From IMG/VR virus record IMGVR_UViG_3300037067_021324: a DNA stretch of 20,000 nt. One strand, 5' to 3'. This DNA comes from an uncultured virus (IMG/VR IMGVR_UViG_3300037067_021324). Its lineage: Duplodnaviria > Heunggongvirae > Uroviricota > Caudoviricetes. Below the pieces are notes generated by a model, which was not told the DNA's origin, searched no databases, and was given only the letters and a program-made list of their open reading frames with translations. A program made the translations under genes and the position numbers. Shown one piece after another: positions 1-8,733 of this stretch (position 1 is the stretch's first letter; each line of letters starts with the position of its first letter).

Positions 1-2005
1 TTAACAATTCTCTTGCCTCTTTATATTTATAAATTACATATGGTTCTAATTCAGCTACTAACCCTTTACCAATATCTCTATTGTTAAAAAATAAAGAATA
101 TGTTAATAAATCACCTTTATTTTTCCTATTTAATTTATCTGCTTCTTTTAATGCTTCTTCTTTATCTATTTTTTCAGAGGCGGTTGTCTCTGGCATTGTG
201 TTTATATATTTCTTAATAAAGTTTTGAATAGCTTCAGTTGGGATTTTTTGTTTTATAACGGGTAAATTCTTTGCAAATTCTGCTTGATAAAAATATAAGG
301 CTTTTCCCATATCTCTTTCAAAAGCATCTTGTAATTCTTCTTCAGAATATATATTGTATTCGGTTCCATCATCTTCTTTTTCTTTAATTTTTCTATATTC
401 TTGTGTCTCTTTTAATTTATCATTTGAAAAAGACATTTTAGAAATACTTTTATAAAAATCATACAATTCTTTAAACATATTATCTCTAGCCTCTCCAGTT
501 GCCTTTTTTGCATACACATCATAAACTTCTTCTCCAGTTTCTTCTGGCCATACATCGGCAAATTTTTTAACAGACTTTAGAGCTCCAATATTTTTTAATA
601 ATTGTCTAGATTGTGATGTTAATTCTGAAATAAAAGAATATGGAATTTCCCCTTTTATAGATTTAATTGTATTAAAGAAATTAAATAATTCTTCAGGAGA
701 AAAGAATTCATAAGTAAAAGTCCCGTCTTTTTGATTTATTAGAGTACAATAATCTTCAATATTTACTACAGCTTCTGACTTCGTTTTTTCAGTTCTTATT
801 TTGGGAATTATTGTTTCTAAGGGTTTTTTAAAACTTAATGTATTATATTTCATTTCAGATATTGTAAAAGCAATGTCCCTAGTATTAACAAATTCTATAT
901 TTGTTATTTTTTTAATTTCATCTATAACTGAATTTCTTGCAACTGATATTGCCCAAGCCCCAAAGTTTTGTCTAGCTACATCATATTTGTTTTCTACAGT
1001 TAGCCCATCTTTTATTTTGTCCCATGCAGTGTCTTGTATAATTTTGAATTCAGTATCATTTGGATTTAAATTAAATTTTCTACCAGTTAAAGTTGTAATC
1101 ATCGGGAATAAAGCACTAGTATAAAAATCTTTTAATGTAGCTAAAGCTAATCCAGCATAATGATTATTCCCAAATAGCATTTCTTCTAATTCATCCTTTG
1201 GCTTATTTGCGGCGACTCTTGATAAAAATTGTATTTGCCAAAATCCTTGTGGAGTCAATTTCAACTCATTATCTTTTGCATTAAGTTTTTCTGAAATAGA
1301 AGCTTTTTGATTTTTTGTGTTTGGATATAAATTCTTTTTTAATGATTCTATTGATGGAATGATTTCTTGCAATTCTTTATATGCACCTATTTTTTCTAAA
1401 TATTTTCTTTTTGAGTCTAAATCTAAAAATTTATCAAGTTCTCCATTTATATTTACTTTTTTAATTTTGTCTGTTAAAAAAATATTTGCTCTTTTTATAA
1501 TATTTTTAGATATTAAATTCAAAGCCTGTTCAAGATTAACTAGATTGGAATTGCTGAATTCTGGAGCAATTTGTTTTGTTATATCTTTAATAATTTCTTG
1601 CTGTTTTTTTTGCAAAACTTCAATAGAATCAATACTTCCAGGAGAAAACAATTTCATTTCATATGCTTTTCTTAAATAAAGAATTTGATATATATTATAT
1701 AATAATTTTTGATATATTTCTCCATTTCCTATCAGCATAGACACTTTCATTGGAAATGATAAATAGTCTTTTTCTAAAGTTTTTAAGTAATCACTATTTG
1801 CCTTTTGAATATCAATTGATGTTTGTTCTAAATCAGAATCAAGTTCTTTTTCTTTTTTTTCATTTGTCTTTTCTTCATCTTCTTCATTATTAACTTCAGA
1901 AGTTGATTCTTTTGATGGTTTCTTATTTTCCATTAAAGAATTGTTTATTCCAGCCAAAAACAACATCTTATTTAATTCTTCAGTTAATTTTATATTTTCT
2001 CTCAT
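1..2005 (-). CDS. Large hypothetical protein, runs off the window edge (>660 aa); possible virion protein
   Basis: ATG at 2005 on the minus strand. Hand translation gives MRENIKLTEELNKMLFLAGINNSLMENKKPSKES... and ...EARELL at the edge. The frame is presumably open to position 1, since no stop-terminated ORF appears in the track. ATATTTATA lies upstream. Confidence 0.85.
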   Translation of the reverse strand, partial: MRENIKLTEELNKMLFLAGINNSLMENKKPSKESTSEVNNEEDEEKTNEKKEKELDSDLEQTSIDIQKANSDYLKTLEKDYLSFPMKVSMLIGNGEIYQKLLYNIYQILYLRKAYEMKLFSPGSIDSIEVLQKKQQEIIKDITKQIAPEFSNSNLVNLEQALNLISKNIIKRANIFLTDKIKKVNINGELDKFLDLDSKRKYLEKIGAYKELQEIIPSIESLKKNLYPNTKNQKASISEKLNAKDNELKLTPQGFWQIQFLSRVAANKPKDELEEMLFGNNHYAGLALATLKDFYTSALFPMITTLTGRKFNLNPNDTEFKIIQDTAWDKIKDGLTVENKYDVARQNFGAWAISVARNSVIDEIKKITNIEFVNTRDIAFTISEMKYNTLSFKKPLETIIPKIRTEKTKSEAVVNIEDYCTLINQKDGTFTYEFFSPEELFNFFNTIKSIKGEIPYSFISELTSQSRQLLKNIGALKSVKKFADVWPEETGEEVYDVYAKKATGEARDNMFKELYDFYKSISKMSFSNDKLKETQEYRKIKEKEDDGTEYNIYSEEELQDAFERDMGKALYFYQAEFAKNLPVIKQKIPTEAIQNFIKKYINTMPETTASEKIDKEEALKEADKLNRKNKGDLLTYSLFFNNRDIGKGLVAELEPYVIYKYKEARELL

Positions 2006-2083
2006 GACAGAACAGTTTCTTTATAAATATTTGGAAAATATAAAAAAATATATTTAAAATTAAATAAAAAAGAATGATAAAGT

Positions 2084-2114
2084 TTTGTTATTTTAAAAAA
2101 AAGTAATATATTTG
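2084..2114 (+). promoter_or_regulatory. Bacteroidota primary-sigma promoter for ssb
   Basis: TTTG (2084-2087), 19 nt spacer, TATATTTG (2107-2114); matches the -33 TTTG / -7 TAnnTTTG consensus. Confidence 0.7.
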
Positions 2115-2153
2115 CTTTTGAAATTTTATTATTAATAATTAAAATTAAATTCT

Positions 2154-2849
2154 ATGAATGGAATAAATGAAGTATGGTTACTTGGTACCGTGGGGTCAGA
2201 CCCAGAAACCAAAACTTTTGAAAATGCCAGAGTAAGTTCATTTCGTATGGCTACAAATGAAAAGTATACTGATAAGACTGGTGAAAAAAAAGAAATAACA
2301 GAATGGCATAACATTGAAGGTTGGAATTATTTATCTGACACAATTTCAAATTATGTAAAAAAAGGAACTCCTATTGCTATAAGAGGTAAAATAAAAACTG
2401 ACTCTTATGATGATAAAGATGGTAAAAAAGTTTACAGAACAAAAATTGTTGCAGATAATATTAATCTTATTCCAAATGGTAAACCTGCTCAGCAACCTGT
2501 TCAGCAACCTGTTCAGCAACCTGTTCAGCAACCCGTTCAGCAACCTGTAAGACAGCCTAATTATCAGCAACAGCCTAATTATCAGCAACAGCCTAATTAT
2601 CAGCAACAGCCTAATTATCAGCAACAGCCTAATTATCAGCAACAGCCTAATTATCAGCAACAGCCTATTCAGCAGCCTATTCAGCAGCCTATTCAGCAGC
2701 AACCTGCAAGACAACAAAACTACCAAAATCCTGTAGGCAATTTTCAACAGCCTATTAATTCACAAGTTGTAATTCAAGCTAAACAAGAAGTTGAAAAATA
2801 TGTTACTGACGAACAATTTCGTAATATGCCAGATGATTTACCATTTTAA
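2154..2849 (+). CDS. ssb: Single-stranded DNA-binding protein with Q/P/N-rich linker
   Basis: OB-fold motifs (NEVWLLGTVGSDPE, FRMATNE, TEWHNI, YVKKG..I.IRGKI.T.SY.DKDG) and acidic C-terminal tail DDLPF. Confidence 0.97.
   Translation: MNGINEVWLLGTVGSDPETKTFENARVSSFRMATNEKYTDKTGEKKEITEWHNIEGWNYLSDTISNYVKKGTPIAIRGKIKTDSYDDKDGKKVYRTKIVADNINLIPNGKPAQQPVQQPVQQPVQQPVQQPVRQPNYQQQPNYQQQPNYQQQPNYQQQPNYQQQPNYQQQPIQQPIQQPIQQQPARQQNYQNPVGNFQQPINSQVVIQAKQEVEKYVTDEQFRNMPDDLPF
2490..2696 (+). repeat. Coding tandem repeats in the ssb linker
   Basis: 5 x 12 bp CAGCAACCTGTT (QQPV), 6 x 18 bp CAGCCTAATTATCAGCAA (QPNYQQ), 3 x 12 bp CAGCCTATTCAG (QPIQ). Confidence 0.95.
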
Positions 2850-2865
2850 TTTGTTTTTTAAAAAT

Positions 2866-2895
2866 AAAAAGCTCTACAATTGTAGAGCTTTTTTT
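2866..2895 (+). terminator. Intrinsic terminator after ssb
   Basis: AAAAAGCTCTAC-AATT-GTAGAGCTTTTTTT hairpin with T-tract. Confidence 0.85.
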
Positions 2896-2954
2896 ATTTT
2901 ATAGTTTTAATAAAGTAATATTTTTTAATATTTATATATAAATTATATTACACC

Positions 2955-3536
2955 ATGGAAATAGAAAAACAAATACGTTTATTAATACGTGAAATTGTAG
3001 GTAAGCATGTTGAGGAAGAAAGAATCCCAAATCCAGAAGCTGGTGAATATGTAGATAGAAAAGAAAATTTTCTTGGGTCTCATGCATATGGAGAAAATAT
3101 AGGAGATTTAAATAAAATGTATGTTGCATACTCTTATGGAGAGCAGCATCCATTATTTGTTTGGGTTGATAAAGAAGAATTTAAGGACTTAAGACCACAT
3201 GAAGCAAAAAATTTAACAGAAGGTGGAGACGATGAAAAAAAACACACACATCTTTATAGTAATGAGATTGCTCATGAAAAAATTGGAGATAAAGAAGTTG
3301 ATTTAGGTTATAAAAAAGGTCCATGGTTTTATAATGAAAAGCCTTATTATGTAAGAGATAAAAAAGGAAGATTAATCCCAAATAAATGGACATATAAGCA
3401 TTTAAAAGATTTAAAGCCGAATGAAAAAACTCAAGCTAGAGACACTACTTACTTACAAAAGTTAATTGGAGATTTTAAAAAAAAATATCATATTGGAGAT
3501 AATTCACATACAAATCTTCATCCAGGAGAAAAATAA
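2955..3536 (+). CDS. Hypothetical phage protein
   Basis: 193 aa ORF; contains YVAYSYGEQHPLFVW and WFYNE motifs; N-terminal IRLLIREIV; ATATTTATA upstream. Confidence 0.75.
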   Translation: MEIEKQIRLLIREIVGKHVEEERIPNPEAGEYVDRKENFLGSHAYGENIGDLNKMYVAYSYGEQHPLFVWVDKEEFKDLRPHEAKNLTEGGDDEKKHTHLYSNEIAHEKIGDKEVDLGYKKGPWFYNEKPYYVRDKKGRLIPNKWTYKHLKDLKPNEKTQARDTTYLQKLIGDFKKKYHIGDNSHTNLHPGEK

Positions 3537-3581
3537 TAACTATTTATTTATATTATAATAATTTTTTATTATTTTTGTTCT

Positions 3582-5225
3582 ATGAAAAAATTTTATGCAA
3601 TAATTTTAGGTTTTACAGCCATTTTGTTGGCTGTTACAGCAGCTTATTTCTCTGTGTTTGGGCTATCCAAATTATTTATAGGAGCTGCAACGTCAATTAT
3701 TATCATGGCTGGAACTCTTGAGTTTTCAAAAATAATAGTAGTGTCTTACTTACATCAATATTGGGATAAAATAGCAAAAAAAATAAAAGTATATTTACTT
3801 ATTGCAATAGCAGTATTGATGATTATTACCAGTGCTGGTATTTATGGATTTTTAACCAATGCTTACTCAAAAGTATCAACAGAGTTAGACAAGATGGGGG
3901 GAAATATAGAATTATTAGACAAAAGGATAGAAATAAAAAAAGAAGAAAAGAATAGGCTTGATGAGCAGCTAAAAACAAAAAGTGATAGGGTTATATCATT
4001 GACAAATCTTAGGAAAAGCCAAGAGACAAGACTGGATTCTTTGTATCAAAGAGGATGGATGGCTGCAGCAAAAAAAACAGAGGTTATAATAAGTCAAGCT
4101 GATGATAACATCACATCAGTAAATAAAGAAATTGATGCAATTGGAAAAAAAATAGAAATTTTAAATGATTCAATTGCTAAATATGAAACTTCAAAATTAG
4201 AAATTGATAATAGTAATATTGCATCAGAAGTGGGACCTCTTAAATATATTGCAAAATTAACTGGAACGGAAATGGATACTATTGTTAATTGGTTAACATT
4301 GCTTCTAATTATAGTTTTTGACCCTATGGCAGTGGCTCTTGTTATATCTACAAGTGCAATGATTAAATTAATTAGAGAGGAAAAACAGAATGAAAAAAAT
4401 AAAAGCAGAAGTGATTACTTTAAAAAGAAAGTGCAATATGTATCTGATGAGCAAGGTAATTTTAAATTGCAAGATGAAAACATTGGCATAAATAAATCTT
4501 CATTGAAAAACAAAGTATTAAAAAAATGGAAAGACATATTTAATAAAATTCCTTTTACGAAAAAGCCAACAGTAGATGAAAATGCTATTAAAAAAGAATT
4601 CGTTGAAAATGACATTATTAAAGAAAATATCACCAAGGAGGAAAACGCTATAAGTGATAATAATCCCATTAAAAAAGACACTATAGAAAAAGAAAATGTT
4701 GTAAATAAAGAATTTACTGAAGAAAATAGTTTTATCAAAAGAGATTCTATAGAGAAAGAGTCTACTGAAAAAGATGTTATAAAAGAATATATAGAAAATG
4801 AAACTAAAAATACTATAGAAGAATTTAAAAACGAAATTCCGATTTTTAGCGTGAATCAGAATACTGTGGTTCCTAGTGTTTTTACTGCAACAACTTCTCA
4901 AAATGAAACAGGAGAAAGAATTGAAGAAAACATAGCAGAAGAAGTTGAAAAGTTAACAATTGAGAATGTAGGGCAAAAACAAAGTTTGTATTTAAAATTG
5001 TTAGAAATTTTTTATGATAACGGAAATAAAAAAAAGGGAGATGAAATACCAAGTTATTCAGTTCTAATAAAGATGATAGATAAAAGAATAATTAATGTTA
5101 ATGAAAAAGATGTTAAAGATTTTCTTTTAATATGTAATCTATTAAAAATAACAGAGTTTAAAGAAAATCTTGGAATTTTTGAAAAAGATTATAAAAATGC
5201 AAAAATGCTTATATCAAGTATTTAA
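3582..5225 (+). CDS. Membrane-anchored coiled-coil protein
   Basis: Three N-terminal hydrophobic segments, a long heptad-like region, a further TM segment (WLTLLLIIVFDPMAVALVI) and an acidic low-complexity C-terminal half. Confidence 0.8.
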   Translation: MKKFYAIILGFTAILLAVTAAYFSVFGLSKLFIGAATSIIIMAGTLEFSKIIVVSYLHQYWDKIAKKIKVYLLIAIAVLMIITSAGIYGFLTNAYSKVSTELDKMGGNIELLDKRIEIKKEEKNRLDEQLKTKSDRVISLTNLRKSQETRLDSLYQRGWMAAAKKTEVIISQADDNITSVNKEIDAIGKKIEILNDSIAKYETSKLEIDNSNIASEVGPLKYIAKLTGTEMDTIVNWLTLLLIIVFDPMAVALVISTSAMIKLIREEKQNEKNKSRSDYFKKKVQYVSDEQGNFKLQDENIGINKSSLKNKVLKKWKDIFNKIPFTKKPTVDENAIKKEFVENDIIKENITKEENAISDNNPIKKDTIEKENVVNKEFTEENSFIKRDSIEKESTEKDVIKEYIENETKNTIEEFKNEIPIFSVNQNTVVPSVFTATTSQNETGERIEENIAEEVEKLTIENVGQKQSLYLKLLEIFYDNGNKKKGDEIPSYSVLIKMIDKRIINVNEKDVKDFLLICNLLKITEFKENLGIFEKDYKNAKMLISSI

Positions 5226-5295
5226 AATATATTAGTTTTTAATGGTTTCTTATTAATGCTTTTTTATTATATTTATAATAAAAGACTTTATTGTT

Positions 5296-5511
5296 ATGAG
5301 ATTAATTTTAAAAACTATGGAAAAAGTCGTCATTGAAGTACACACCAAAGAAGTGGAAAATGACGGCTTTGATTTTTTATGGGATAAAATTCGGGATGTT
5401 TATAAAATGGATAAATATGAAATTTTTAACATTGAAAAAGATAAAAATAAAACATTGATATACATAGAACTTATTCCATTAAAAGAAAAAGAATTGCAAA
5501 AGTATTTGTAA
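5296..5511 (+). CDS. Small hypothetical protein
   Basis: 71 aa ORF in gene order with a TTATG start context; ATATTTATA at 5269-5277. Confidence 0.65.
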   Translation: MRLILKTMEKVVIEVHTKEVENDGFDFLWDKIRDVYKMDKYEIFNIEKDKNKTLIYIELIPLKEKELQKYL

Positions 5512-5536
5512 ATTTTCCTAAAAAACATTATATTTG
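5505..5536 (+). promoter_or_regulatory. Bacteroidota primary-sigma promoter for the clp gene
   Basis: TTTG (5505-5508), 20 nt spacer, TATATTTG (5529-5536). Confidence 0.65.
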
Positions 5537-5556
5537 TAAAATAAAATTGTAATAAG

Positions 5557-7644
5557 ATGGCAAGAACATTTGATGCTGAAAGAGATGAAAAAAACTTGAA
5601 TCCTACAGGTAAAAAAACAAAAACTCCTTTATTAGACTATTTCGGAAGAGATTTGACAAAATTAGCTTCTGAATCAGAATTAGACCCAGTATATGGGAGA
5701 GACAAAGAAATAGAAGAAATAATTCAAGTGCTAAATAAACGAAAAAAGAATAATCCGCTTTTAGTAGGAGAACCTGGAGTTGGGAAAACCGCAGTTGTTG
5801 AAGGTTTAGCTATTAAAATACATAAAAAAGAAGCTGAAGTGTGGCTTTTAAATAAACGTATTGTTGAAATTAACATAACATCTATGGTTTCTGGAACAAA
5901 ATATAGGGGAGAGTTTGAACAAAGGATGGAGGAGTTAATTAAAGAAATTGAAAACAATCCAGATATAATAATTTTTATTGATGAAATACATAATGTGGTT
6001 GGTGCTGGAGGAACTTCTGGGTCTATGGATGCTGCCAATATTATAAAGCCAGCATTATCAAAGGGAACTATGAAATGTATTGGGGCAACTACTTTTGAAG
6101 AATATAAAAAACACATTGAAAATGAAGGCGCTTTTGAAAGAAGATTTCAAAAAATTTATGTTAATGAACCAACAAAGGAAGAGACTGAAATACTATTAAA
6201 TAGTATTAAAGGAAAATATGAAGAATATCATTGTGTTGAATATTCAGAAGAGGTTATTAAAACATGTATAGATTATGCTGATAAATATATAACTTATAGA
6301 AAATTTCCAGATAAAGCAATTGATTTATTAGATGAAGTGGGGTCAAGAGTAAAATTAAAAAATGTTCCAGTTCCAGGAAATTTTAAAGAGCTAGAAGCAG
6401 AATTAGAAAAAACTGTTCTTAGAAAAAAAGAAGCGTCAAAAAATCAAAATTTTGAAGAAGCCGCAAGACATAGAGATGATGAAAGGAGAATACTTGAAGA
6501 ATTGGATAATGAAAGAAAAGTGTGGGAAAGAGAAACAAAAAAAAATAAAATTAAAGTAAAATCAGAGGATGTTGCTTGTATAATAGCATCTCATACTGGA
6601 ATTCCTGTAGTTAAATTAACTGATTCAGAAAATAAAAAATTTTTAAGTATATCAGATTATTTAAAAGAAAAAATAATAGGGCAAGATGAAGCAGTTCAAA
6701 AAGTAGAAGAAGCTATGCAACGGTCAAGATTAGGTATTCAAGACCCCTTTCGACCTCTCGCATCGTTTTTGTTTCTTGGTCCTACTGGAGTTGGCAAAAC
6801 TCTAATGGCAAAACTTATAGCTTCTCATTTATTTCACACAAATGACTCTTTTATAAGAATTGATATGTCTGAATATGAAGAAAAACATTCTGTATCAAAA
6901 CTCATAGGGTCTCCTCCCGGATATATTGGACACGAAGACAAAGGTCAATTGACTGAAAAAGTAAAAAATAGACCTTATTCACTTATTTTATTTGATGAAA
7001 TTGAAAAGGCACATCCAGATGTTTTTAATGTTTTTTTACAAGTACTTGATGAAGGAAAATTAACTGATTCTACTGGGGCTGAAATAAATTTTAAAAATAC
7101 AATTATTATAATGACATCTAATATAGGGACAAGAAGTTTGTTAGAAGGTAACTCTTTAGGTTTTGGAGTTAAACTAGATACTCTTAAAAATGACAAGAGT
7201 CTTGTATTTAAAGAATTAGAGAAAAGTTTTAAGCCAGAATTTCTTAATAGAATTGATGAAAAAGTAGTGTTTAATCCTCTTGGTAAAGAACAAATAGAAA
7301 TCATTGCAAAAATTGAAATGGACATGATGCTTTTTAGACTTAAAGAAAAAGGATATAATATAACAGTATCAAAAGAAGTTGTTTTAAGTATCGCTACCGT
7401 TGGATATGATAAAAAATATGGAGCTAGACCAATTAAAAGAGCCATTTCAGAAAGAGTAGGAAACCTTATTTCTAAAGCTGTGTTGAAAAAAGAAGTTGTA
7501 GTAAATAAAAAATATAGTCTTATATTGGAAAATGATGAAATAGTTATACATGACGAGACACCAATAGAGCAATTTGCAAATGATTCAGCAAATATTGAAA
7601 AACCAAAAAAAATCAGAAAAAATGCTAGAGATAAAAGCGAATAA
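5557..7644 (+). CDS. clpC: ClpC-like Hsp100 AAA+ ATPase lacking the Clp N-domain
   Basis: Two AAA+ modules (GEPGVGKT / IIFIDEIH; GPTGVGKT / ILFDEIEKAH), pore loops KYRGEFE and GYIG, UVR-like middle coil (QNFEEAARHRDDE), LGF loop, YGARPIKR. Confidence 0.92.
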   Translation: MARTFDAERDEKNLNPTGKKTKTPLLDYFGRDLTKLASESELDPVYGRDKEIEEIIQVLNKRKKNNPLLVGEPGVGKTAVVEGLAIKIHKKEAEVWLLNKRIVEINITSMVSGTKYRGEFEQRMEELIKEIENNPDIIIFIDEIHNVVGAGGTSGSMDAANIIKPALSKGTMKCIGATTFEEYKKHIENEGAFERRFQKIYVNEPTKEETEILLNSIKGKYEEYHCVEYSEEVIKTCIDYADKYITYRKFPDKAIDLLDEVGSRVKLKNVPVPGNFKELEAELEKTVLRKKEASKNQNFEEAARHRDDERRILEELDNERKVWERETKKNKIKVKSEDVACIIASHTGIPVVKLTDSENKKFLSISDYLKEKIIGQDEAVQKVEEAMQRSRLGIQDPFRPLASFLFLGPTGVGKTLMAKLIASHLFHTNDSFIRIDMSEYEEKHSVSKLIGSPPGYIGHEDKGQLTEKVKNRPYSLILFDEIEKAHPDVFNVFLQVLDEGKLTDSTGAEINFKNTIIIMTSNIGTRSLLEGNSLGFGVKLDTLKNDKSLVFKELEKSFKPEFLNRIDEKVVFNPLGKEQIEIIAKIEMDMMLFRLKEKGYNITVSKEVVLSIATVGYDKKYGARPIKRAISERVGNLISKAVLKKEVVVNKKYSLILENDEIVIHDETPIEQFANDSANIEKPKKIRKNARDKSE

Positions 7645-8140
7645 AACAATTTATTTTAATGGAGAAAAATTAGACATTAAAGATGGTTCAATGAAGGATT
7701 TTTTAATATCTTCGTTAAATTGTCAAGTTATATTGGACAAAGATTTAATACTTGGTGATTTAATACATATTTTATATGAAATCAGAGAATTTATTAATTT
7801 ATATTGTTGTGAAGAATATGAAGTTGGAAGAACTTTAATAAATGCTGGAAGGTTGGCACAAGGATATGACTATTTAAAAATTTTTAAAAACGCAGAAGTA
7901 ACTACTGATGGATTTTTAAAAATAAACGTTCAATCTGATTTATGCTCTTATGAAAATTTGGGTAAAATACAAAATGTCTGTAATCTAAAAATAGTACTTG
8001 ACTCAAAAATTGTTGATGATGATGAAATTTTAAGAAAGGGGATTGAGTTAAAATCAGATTTTACTTTGTTAGAAATTATAGAAGTTTTATATGAAGACTT
8101 TTTATATTCTTTAGAAAGAGATAACATTTTAATTAATTAA
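7622..8140 (+). CDS. Hypothetical protein
   Basis: In-frame ATG at 7622 (MLEIKANK...) overlaps the clp 3' end only slightly and is more plausible than 7574. Confidence 0.7.
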   Translation: MLEIKANKTIYFNGEKLDIKDGSMKDFLISSLNCQVILDKDLILGDLIHILYEIREFINLYCCEEYEVGRTLINAGRLAQGYDYLKIFKNAEVTTDGFLKINVQSDLCSYENLGKIQNVCNLKIVLDSKIVDDDEILRKGIELKSDFTLLEIIEVLYEDFLYSLERDNILIN

Positions 8141-8305
8141 AAAATTTTTAATAATTTTATATCTGATAATCAAATAACTGAATGATTTTTTTTAAAAAAA
8201 TGAAAAAAAATTTGGTTTTTATTTTAGAATTTAATATTTTTGTATATATTTATAATGTTAAGAAGTAAAATTCTTAATAATAATGTTCTTAAAAATATTG
8301 AAAAT

Positions 8306-8435
8306 ATAAAGTGGCTATTGAAAGAGTTACTTCGGTTTATAATTGGTTCGACTCCAATCGTGCCCACCAGAAATTCTGGGCGTGATTTATTCCTGGAGAC
8401 AGGAATATTACACTCTTCAAAACTTTCCCTTTTAT
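8306..8435 (+). ncRNA. Y RNA (YrlA-like) with circularly permuted tRNA-like domain
   Basis: 5' AAAG-TGGCTAT-TGAAAGAGT-TACTTCG pairs with 3' ACTCTTCAA-AACTTTCC-CTTT. Inside: T arm ATTGG/TTCGACT/CCAAT, acceptor-like CGTGCCC-ACCA...GGGCGTG, and a TATTCCTG-GAGA-CAGGAATA hairpin. Lies upstream of ro60. Confidence 0.8.
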
Positions 8436-8439
8436 TTTT

Positions 8440-8466
8440 GTAACTTTTTTAAAAATATTGCGTATA
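8440..8466 (+). promoter_or_regulatory. GTAAC-N16-CGTATA promoter-like motif (copy 1)
   Basis: Same motif and 16 nt spacer at 15660, 15991 and 19620; AAC...CGT resembles ECF-sigma promoters. Confidence 0.7.
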
Positions 8467-8505
8467 AGATAATGTTAGTTCTTTAAAATAGAATTTATAA
8501 AAAAT

Positions 8506-8570
8506 TATAGTGGCGATAAATAGAGATACTTCGATGCAAATGAAAAAACTCTGTTTGAAAATTCCCTATG
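8506..8570 (+). ncRNA. Short Y-RNA-like element 2
   Basis: TATAG-TGGCGAT-AAATAGAGA-TACTTCG...CTCTGTTTG-AAAATTCC-CTATG; same conserved motifs as element 1 with covarying stems. Confidence 0.7.
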
Positions 8571-8579
8571 TTTAAAATA

Positions 8580-8655
8580 TTTGAGTGGCTATTAAAAGCA
8601 GTTCATCGCTATTAGTAAATTGCAAAACAAACTTGCTTTAAGACTTTCCCTCAAA
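8580..8655 (+). ncRNA. Short Y-RNA-like element 3
   Basis: TTTGAG-TGGCTAT-TAAAAGCA-GTTCATCG...TGCTTTAA-GACTTTCC-CTCAAA; same architecture as elements 1 and 2. Confidence 0.7.
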
Positions 8656-8661
8656 AAACAT

Positions 8662-8704
8662 AATAGGGACACTATGTAGAAATACATTATGTCCCTATTT
8701 TTTT
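8662..8704 (+). terminator. Terminator-like hairpin between the Y RNA array and ro60
   Basis: AATAGGGACA...ATGTA-GAAA-TACAT...TGTCCCTATT followed by a T run. Confidence 0.75.
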
Positions 8705-8733
8705 AATTAAATATTAACAAAAAATTAGATGTT

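Noticed and set aside
801..1679. Two plus-strand hydrophobic ORFs
   Set aside because: Antisense to the long minus-strand gene starting at 2005.
2346..2747. Leu/Arg-rich repeat ORF on the minus strand
   Set aside because: Antisense shadow of the ssb repeats.
4415..7649. Minus-strand ORFs inside the membrane protein and clp genes
   Set aside because: Antisense shadows with no independent signals.
8240..8443. 67 aa ORF before ro60
   Set aside because: Overlaps the structured Y-RNA-like element, has a TTG start and no protein features.
8306..8655. CRISPR array
   Set aside because: Units differ in length and sequence, conserve structure rather than a direct repeat, and there are no cas genes.
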